Shown here: in pieces, positions 58,478 to 64,000 of the stretch
Layout of the letters: each line of letters begins with the position of its first letter
How positions within the stretch are numbered: the stretch's first letter is position 1
Source: Pseudomonadota bacterium
Lineage (GTDB): Bacteria; Pseudomonadota; Gammaproteobacteria; Diplorickettsiales; Diplorickettsiaceae
Assembly: GCA_039797585.1 (NCBI GenBank)
Contig: JBDKHQ010000082.1
Location: forward strand, 2,693 to 66,692
DNA length: 64,000 nucleotides
Direction of reading: 5' to 3'
Notes under the pieces: model-generated
The model's input: the letters and a program-made list of their open reading frames with translations, nothing else
What the model was told of the DNA's origin: nothing
The model's database searches: none
Made by a program: the position numbers and the translations under genes

Positions 58478-59659
58478 ATGATTTTAATTAGCTTAAAAGA
58501 CTTAGATTTACAAAACAAACGTGTTCTCATTAGGGAAGATTTTAATGTGCCTTTAGATAAGGGCAAGATTACAAGTGATACACGTATCCTAGCAGCATTA
58601 CCAACAGTTAAATATGCCTTAGAAAAGGGTGCGGCTGTTATTTTACTTTCTCATTTGGATAGGCCCAAAGAAGGGCACATCACTCCTGAACTTTCTTTAG
58701 CCCCGATCGCAACACGATTACAAGAGCTACTGGGACAACCGGTTAGATTTCTGACTGACTGGTTGGATGGATTCGAGATTTCACCTGGCGAAGTCGTGGT
58801 CTGCGAAAATGTTAGATTTCAAACAGGAGAAAAGGAAAACGATCCTGGTTTAGCTAAAAAAATTGCAAAATTAGCTGATATTTTTGTTATGGATGCATTT
58901 GCTACAGCGCATCGCAGTGAAGCATCCACTGTGGGAGTGGCGCAATTTTCATCAAAAGTTTGCGCAGGTTTATTGTTGACCTCAGAGTTAAAAGCATTGA
59001 CCTCAGCATTGGAAAATCCAGCTAGACCCTTATTAGCTATCGTCGGTGGTGCGAAGGTTTCTACTAAATTAATGTTGTTATCCTCTTTGCTTAATAAAGT
59101 AAACTCCTTAATTCTAGGTGGAGGAATTGCCAATACCTTTTTAGTCGCACAAGGTTATTCTATAGGCCGATCTTTATATGAGGCTGAACTGGTTAAAGAG
59201 GCAAAAAAACTTTTAGAGTTATCAAAACAATTACAAGTTGAGATTGTGCTGCCTACCGATGTTATTGTGGCTACTGAAATCTCTACAACTGCCAAAGGCA
59301 CTGTTAAAAAATTAACAGAAATAAATGATGATGAAATGATTTTAGATGTTGGACCAGACTCAATTAAACGTTATAACAAGTATGTACAACTGGCAGCGAC
59401 TATTTTATGGAATGGACCCCTTGGAGTTTTCGAAATGCTCCCTTTTGAACAAGGAACCCGTGCTTTGAGTATTGCTATTGCCAATAGCTCAGCTTTTTCC
59501 ATTGCAGGGGGTGGCGATACTTTAGCAGCCATCGAAAAATATGGCATTGCAAATAATATTTCCTATATATCTACGGGGGGAGGAGCTTTTCTTGAATTTG
59601 TACAGGGAAAAACTTTACCTGCTTTAGCTGTATTACAAGAGCGCATAAGGGAAAGATAG
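58478..59659 (+). CDS. pgk: phosphoglycerate kinase
   Basis: RVLIREDFNVPL, SHLDRPK, and the GGAKVSTKL and STGGGAFLEF blocks. Confidence 0.95.
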   Translation: MILISLKDLDLQNKRVLIREDFNVPLDKGKITSDTRILAALPTVKYALEKGAAVILLSHLDRPKEGHITPELSLAPIATRLQELLGQPVRFLTDWLDGFEISPGEVVVCENVRFQTGEKENDPGLAKKIAKLADIFVMDAFATAHRSEASTVGVAQFSSKVCAGLLLTSELKALTSALENPARPLLAIVGGAKVSTKLMLLSSLLNKVNSLILGGGIANTFLVAQGYSIGRSLYEAELVKEAKKLLELSKQLQVEIVLPTDVIVATEISTTAKGTVKKLTEINDDEMILDVGPDSIKRYNKYVQLAATILWNGPLGVFEMLPFEQGTRALSIAIANSSAFSIAGGGDTLAAIEKYGIANNISYISTGGGAFLEFVQGKTLPALAVLQERIRER

Positions 59660-59661
59660 TA

Positions 59662-61092
59662 ATGAAGCGATTTAAACGAACCAAGATCGTGGCTACGTTA
59701 GGCCCTGCAACCGATAAGCCCGGTGTATTACAAGCGATGATAGCTGCAGGCTTAGATGTGGTTAGATTGAATTTCTCACATGGTAAATCAGAAGATCATA
59801 TTAAACGAGCGAATTATGTTCGCGAATGTGCAAAAGCTGTGGGCCGAGAAATTGCTATCATGGCGGATTTACAAGGACCAAAAATTCGTATTGCATGCTT
59901 TAAAAAAGGCTCTATTTTTTTAAAAAAAGATGCTTTGTTTATTCTAGATGCTGATTTAGGTAAAGATAGTGGCGATGAATCAACAGTAGGTATTGATTAT
60001 AAAGCCTTACCACGAGATGTTCATCGTGGAGATCTGTTGTTGCTCGACGATGGACGTTTAGTGCTGAAAGTGAAAAAAATTCAGAAAAATAAAATATTTT
60101 GTCTTGTAGAAGTAGGTGGGGAGTTATCTAATAACAAAGGAATTAATCGAAAAGGTGGTGGTCTTTCTGCTGTAGCGTTAACTGACAAGGATAAAAAAGA
60201 TTTAAAAATAGCAGTAAAATTAAGTGCTGATTATATTGCGATTTCTTTTCCTCGCAGTGCCGCGGATATGAATCTAGCTCGAACTTTATTAAAGAAGGCA
60301 AAAGGGCATGCGGGTTTGATTGCAAAAATAGAACGTAGCGATGCCATTCCTGTTATTGATGAAATTATTCGAGCTTCTGATGCAGTGATGGTGGCGCGTG
60401 GTGATTTGGGTGTTGAAATTGGTGATGCTGAATTACCCGCTGTGCAAAAACATATTATTCAGCGGGCACGATCTTTAGATAAAGCAGTGATTACTGCGAC
60501 ACAGATGATGGAATCGATGATTCATAATGCTATTCCAACTCGAGCAGAAGTTTTTGATGTAGCGAATGCTGTATTGGACGGCACTGATGCCGTTATGTTA
60601 TCTGCAGAAACTGCTACAGGAGATCATCCTGCTTTAGTAGTAGTAGCTATGGCGCGTATTTGTTTAGGTGCGGAAAAACAAGCTAAAATGCGCGTATCTC
60701 GGCATCGGGTAGAATGTCAATTCTATCGTCCTGATGAAGCCATTGCGATGGCAGCTATGTATACGGCCAATCATTATGATATTAAGGCCATCATTGCCTT
60801 AACTGAGTCAGGTGCGACGCCTTTATGGATGTCGCGGATTCGTTCTGGAATACCTATTTATGGTTTAGCACATAGCTTACAAACAACACGTCGATTAGCC
60901 TTGTATCGCGGTGTATATCCCTTATATTTTAATATAGATAAAGTACATAAAGAAAATATAGGTCATTTAGCAATTAAAGAATTGAAGAAACATGAGCTTT
61001 TACGAAAAGGAGAACGAGTATTAATTACTTACGGAGATTTGTTAAAAACCACTGGCGGGACCAATACACTAAAGATTTTAGAAGTAGATTAG
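59662..61092 (+). CDS. pyk: pyruvate kinase
   Basis: TKIVATLGPA, NFSHG, MVARGDLGVEI, ATQMMESM. 476 aa. Confidence 0.95.
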   Translation: MKRFKRTKIVATLGPATDKPGVLQAMIAAGLDVVRLNFSHGKSEDHIKRANYVRECAKAVGREIAIMADLQGPKIRIACFKKGSIFLKKDALFILDADLGKDSGDESTVGIDYKALPRDVHRGDLLLLDDGRLVLKVKKIQKNKIFCLVEVGGELSNNKGINRKGGGLSAVALTDKDKKDLKIAVKLSADYIAISFPRSAADMNLARTLLKKAKGHAGLIAKIERSDAIPVIDEIIRASDAVMVARGDLGVEIGDAELPAVQKHIIQRARSLDKAVITATQMMESMIHNAIPTRAEVFDVANAVLDGTDAVMLSAETATGDHPALVVVAMARICLGAEKQAKMRVSRHRVECQFYRPDEAIAMAAMYTANHYDIKAIIALTESGATPLWMSRIRSGIPIYGLAHSLQTTRRLALYRGVYPLYFNIDKVHKENIGHLAIKELKKHELLRKGERVLITYGDLLKTTGGTNTLKILEVD

Positions 61093-61117
61093 CTAAATTC
61101 TTTAAGTTTACAAATAT

Positions 61118-61549
61118 TTATTTTAATTTCAGTTTTTGCTTTTTAGAACATTTATTACAAACCCCATAAATGATTAGGCTATGGTCTGTCATTTGATAAT
61201 TGGCTTGTTTGGCAACAATTTTTTGGCGTTGTTCGATGGTTTTATCAACAAATTCATCCACTTTTCCGCATTTGATACAGACTAAATGATCGTGATGCGG
61301 ACCTTGATTCAACTCAAACACCGAATAGGCATCTTCAAAGTTTTGGCGCTTTACCAAACCTGCGCTTTCAAATTGAGTTAATACTCGATAAACTGTGGCT
61401 AAACCTATGTCCTCGCCGGATTCCAATAAGGCTTTATAAATATCTTCAGCACTTAAATGACGAGTTTTAGCTTGCGCTAATAATTCAAGTATTTTTAATC
61501 TAGGACCGGTTACTTTTAAACCCGCTTGGCGTAGTTGTTGATTATCCAT
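61118..61549 (-). CDS. fur: ferric uptake regulator
   Basis: LKVTGPRLKILE, ATVYRVL, HHDHLVCIKCGKV, and C-terminal CNKC. 143 aa. Confidence 0.93.
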   Translation of the reverse strand: MDNQQLRQAGLKVTGPRLKILELLAQAKTRHLSAEDIYKALLESGEDIGLATVYRVLTQFESAGLVKRQNFEDAYSVFELNQGPHHDHLVCIKCGKVDEFVDKTIEQRQKIVAKQANYQMTDHSLIIYGVCNKCSKKQKLKLK

Positions 61550-61682
61550 TAGTTTATCTCTAAACTCCTCGGTTAATAATTAATATTGGGGTGATTTTAA
61601 GTTAATTAAATTTTTTCTAATTGTTTTTTTAAACATTTTGTAGAAATCGCGGTTATGGCTTTATTTTATTGATGATATTTTT

Positions 61683-61991
61683 ATGAAAAAGTTGCTTATA
61701 AGTCTGTTTTTAATATTACTGATTGCTGGTTGTCACATTGTTTATCGGCCAGATATTCAGCAAGGTAATATACTGCAGCAGTCTACCATAGACCAGTTAG
61801 AACCCGGTATGACTAGGGAGCAAGTTCGTTATCTATTAGGTAGTTGCGTATTGCAGCCCCCTTTTCAACCCGATCGTCAAGATTATATTTATTTCCTTCA
61901 GCCAGGTCATGGAGAGCCTATTCAAAAGCGTGTTACGCTTATTTTTTCTAACGGACGCTTAAAACAGATTGAAAAATCGACCCTTAATTAA
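61683..61991 (+). CDS. bamE: outer-membrane protein assembly factor BamE (SmpA/OmlA lipoprotein)
   Basis: Lipobox IAGC|H, YRPDIQQGN, GMTREQVRYLLGS. Synteny with rnfH-ratA-smpB. Confidence 0.88.
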   Translation: MKKLLISLFLILLIAGCHIVYRPDIQQGNILQQSTIDQLEPGMTREQVRYLLGSCVLQPPFQPDRQDYIYFLQPGHGEPIQKRVTLIFSNGRLKQIEKSTLN

Positions 61992-62022
61992 TATATTTTT
62001 ATACGTTTTATTTAGAAACGCG

Positions 62023-62346
62023 TTAACCAGTTTTTTGTTTTTTTGCACGATTTATTCTCATTTTTTTAGGTTCTATTAGAAGTGGCTGATAAATTTCTAT
62101 TCTATCTCCTGGTTTTACTTGAGCATCCAAATTGCATAATTTTCCAAAAATTCCTACTTTATTCATGCTCAGATCGATACCTGGGAAATCTAATAAAATA
62201 CCCGAAAGCTTTATGGCTGTTGCGACGCTAGCAGTAGTAGGGACAGAAACTTTTAAGATCTTTTGCTGATGTTGATCAGCAAATATCACTTCAACTTCAA
62301 AAACAGGCATATTATTACTTTGCTTATTGAAGAGTTTTGTTTTCAA
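62023..62346 (-). CDS. rnfH: RnfH family ubiquitin-like protein (UPF0125)
   Basis: ~100 aa with GDRIEIYQPL near the C-terminus. 4-nt overlap with ratA. Confidence 0.8.
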   Translation of the reverse strand: MKTKLFNKQSNNMPVFEVEVIFADQHQQKILKVSVPTTASVATAIKLSGILLDFPGIDLSMNKVGIFGKLCNLDAQVKPGDRIEIYQPLLIEPKKMRINRAKKQKTG

Positions 62347-62783
62347 AATTTGCGATCTCCATAAACTTGCTTGGCGCGGTCAGAAAAAGCTTGTACTAGC
62401 GTATTTGCTACTCTCTCAAAAAACGGAGAAAAAGCAAGTGCTAGCAAACGCGTAGAAAATTCAAATTCCAAATTTAAATTGATTCTGGATCCGCCTGGCA
62501 TAGTTTCAAAAGACCAATAGCCTTCTAAATGTTTAAATGGGCCATTGATAAGGCTAATTTCAATTAACTTGTCTTTCTGCAGACGATTTGATGTGGTAAA
62601 GGTTTTAGACAGTCCTCCTCCGGTTAATGTAAGACAAGCTTGTATACTATCTTCATCTTGATTGATGACTTTACTTTCAGTACACCAGGGAAGAAATTCG
62701 CTATATTTTTCAATATGATTGACGAGTTGATACATCTCTGACACATTGTAAGGCACTTCTAAAGAATGTTGAATAAATGGCAT
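62343..62783 (-). CDS. ratA: SRPBCC/START-fold protein RatA (Coq10-like)
   Basis: 146 aa. Y..V.....Y.EFLPWC pattern (YQLVNHIEKYSEFLPWC). Classical position divergent from smpB. Confidence 0.85.
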   Translation of the reverse strand: MPFIQHSLEVPYNVSEMYQLVNHIEKYSEFLPWCTESKVINQDEDSIQACLTLTGGGLSKTFTTSNRLQKDKLIEISLINGPFKHLEGYWSFETMPGGSRINLNLEFEFSTRLLALAFSPFFERVANTLVQAFSDRAKQVYGDRKF

Positions 62784-62864
62784 AATTATGGTTCGGCGCG
62801 ACTCTCGTTAATATGTTTGCTATGCTTGGACCTATGATTGCTAAAACAGGTTTGAGTATATCCG

Positions 62865-63341
62865 ATGAATTCTAAGAAAGCATTGCAAGACACCACTATT
62901 GCCCTAAATAGACGCGCTCGCCATGATTATTTTATTGAACAATCTATAGAGGCCGGATTGGTTTTGCAGGGTTGGGAGGTTAAAAGTCTTCGCAGTGGCC
63001 GTGCCCAATTGACCGAAAGTTATGTCGTATTAAAAAATGGCGAGGCATGGCTTTTAGGTTGTCATATTACCCCCTTAGCAACAGTGTCTACCAATCACAG
63101 CCGTCCGGATCCAACTCGCACGCGTAAGCTCTTACTCAATGAACGAGAACTAAGTAAATTTGCTGGAAGCATTATGCGTAAAGGCTATACCCTCATTGCA
63201 TTAAAACTTTATTGGAAAAAGAATCGGGTTAAGTTAGAAGTCGGTTTAGCCAAGGGCAAACAGGAGCATGATAAGCGGGCTAGTATCAAGGAAAAGGATT
63301 GGCAACGTGAAAAAATGCGTTTAGGACGCTACACCAGGTAG
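62865..63341 (+). CDS. smpB: SsrA-binding protein
   Basis: [25 protein letters not shown], and a basic C-terminal tail. 158 aa. Confidence 0.95.
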   Translation: MNSKKALQDTTIALNRRARHDYFIEQSIEAGLVLQGWEVKSLRSGRAQLTESYVVLKNGEAWLLGCHITPLATVSTNHSRPDPTRTRKLLLNERELSKFAGSIMRKGYTLIALKLYWKKNRVKLEVGLAKGKQEHDKRASIKEKDWQREKMRLGRYTR

Positions 63342-63389
63342 GAATTATACCTACATTTAAAATTCTGAGCCGTGTTTTGCAAAGCTTCT

Positions 63390-63418
63390 CTGAAAGAGCC
63401 TTATAAATGAGGTATAAT
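63390..63418 (+). promoter_or_regulatory. candidate ssrA promoter
   Basis: Perfect TATAAT at 63413-63418, 8 nt before the mature tmRNA 5' end. A weak -35 (CTGAAA) lies 17 nt upstream. Confidence 0.35.
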
Positions 63419-63426
63419 AAGCGCTT

Positions 63427-63840
63427 GGGGGCGATCGGCTTCGACGCCGGTTACAAACCCTGAGGTGCATGTCGAGGACGCAACTTTGCCTCGTTAATCA
63501 TGTTGCAAACCTATAGTTGCAGAAAATGACAACTATTTCGCTAGAAACAACGATGTTGCTATTGCTGCCTAACCGGTAGTTAATTTTAACGTCGTTGGCG
63601 CTGCCTAAACAGCAGCCGGCGCCATGAACTCCATAGGCTTGTATGTGGAGGTAGTGGTCATATCTGACAAGCTCGTAGTCTAGCCCCTTCTGAGGCGAAA
63701 GCTACTAAAACCAAACAGAATCGTCGGTCAATTCCCTGTCAATCGGAGATGGATCGATTAAACTTAAAGATTGTACTAAACATGTAGTGCCAAAGGCAGC
63801 GGACTGGCGGACGTGGGTTCGATTCCCACCGCCTCCACCA
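63427..63840 (+). ncRNA. ssrA: tmRNA (SsrA), ~414 nt
   Basis: The 5' GGGGGCG pairs with 3' CGCCUCC-ACCA, including the G3:U pair. T-arm GUGGGUUCGAUUCCCAC. Resume codon GCA at 63519, after ...UAUAGUU. The tag reading frame 63519-63572 encodes AENDNYFARNNDVAIAA*. Confidence 0.93.
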
Positions 63841-64000
63841 ATTTTGAAATGTTTTCTCAAGGATCTTGAGCTTAATACAAATTAATATTTTAGGGATGGA
63901 AAAGTGGAGTTTACACAAACCGGAATCTAACCTGGAAGCTCAGCTCAAGCTATATTAAGCCTACCGGATCCCCCTAGTGACAACCTCCCTAAAAAAGAAT

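Noticed and set aside
61570-61592. Possible Fur box (GTTAATAATTAATATTGGG) upstream of fur and bamE.
   Set aside because: About 11 of 19 matches to GATAATGATAATCATTATC, which is not distinguishable from background in AT-rich DNA.
1-64000. Window-wide look for CRISPR arrays, IS elements or transposases, prophage modules, toxin-antitoxin pairs other than ratA/rnfH, rRNA operons, riboswitch-like leaders (lysine, PyrR) and long tandem repeats.
   Set aside because: I saw no regularly spaced repeats, no transposase, integrase or phage structural motifs, no 16S/23S/5S signatures, and no recognisable riboswitch cores. This was a by-eye search, so short or degenerate elements could have been missed.

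Overview
This 64 kb window is AT-rich gammaproteobacterial chromosome. Gene content and synteny (ftsN-like/hslVU, bamE-rnfH-ratA-smpB-ssrA, a eukaryotic-like kinase, lysine-rich orphan ORFs) suggest a Legionellales-like intracellular bacterium, but that assignment is my inference, not a search result. About 60 genes are ordinary housekeeping loci. They include trpS (partial), pckA, proC, amgK-murU, dapA, thpR, cydAB, def-fmt-rsmB, argS, hslVU, tyrS, rsmI, an MscK-like channel, tamAB, a PBP5/6 carboxypeptidase, hemC, nth, rpsO-pnp, a contiguous pyrD-carAB-pyrBI-pyrC cluster, hemDXY, pgk-pyk, fur, bamE and smpB. RNA genes are tRNA-Ser(CGA), tRNA-Leu(CAG) and tmRNA. I found no CRISPR array, IS element, transposase, integrase, prophage or recognisable defence island, and no clear-cut multi-gene novel system. 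The leads worth a second look are: (1) four orphan or eukaryotic-like ORFs (495-1580, the Hanks-type kinase at 3221-4231, 12123-13460, 57625-58398) that look like secreted-effector candidates, one preceded by a PmrA-type tandem TTAAT box; (2) a signal-peptide methyltransferase bracketed by two ~68-bp direct repeats that duplicate the leader of the pyr operon, next to tRNA-Leu; (3) a compact pyrimidine cluster with a class-1 (Cys-type) DHODH, PyrI and a long-type DHOase, which is atypical for Gammaproteobacteria; (4) hemC and hemDXY arranged as if a ~17 kb inversion separated them; (5) a 78-aa mini-BamC, a streptococcal-type MurG homologue outside any dcw context, and a cI/LexA-like repressor with Thr in place of the S24 nucleophile Ser; (6) a recurring 17-mer and other short repeats in intergenic DNA; (7) a ~960-bp intergenic region that appears not to code for protein. 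All functional calls come from motif recognition by eye, and no database search was run.
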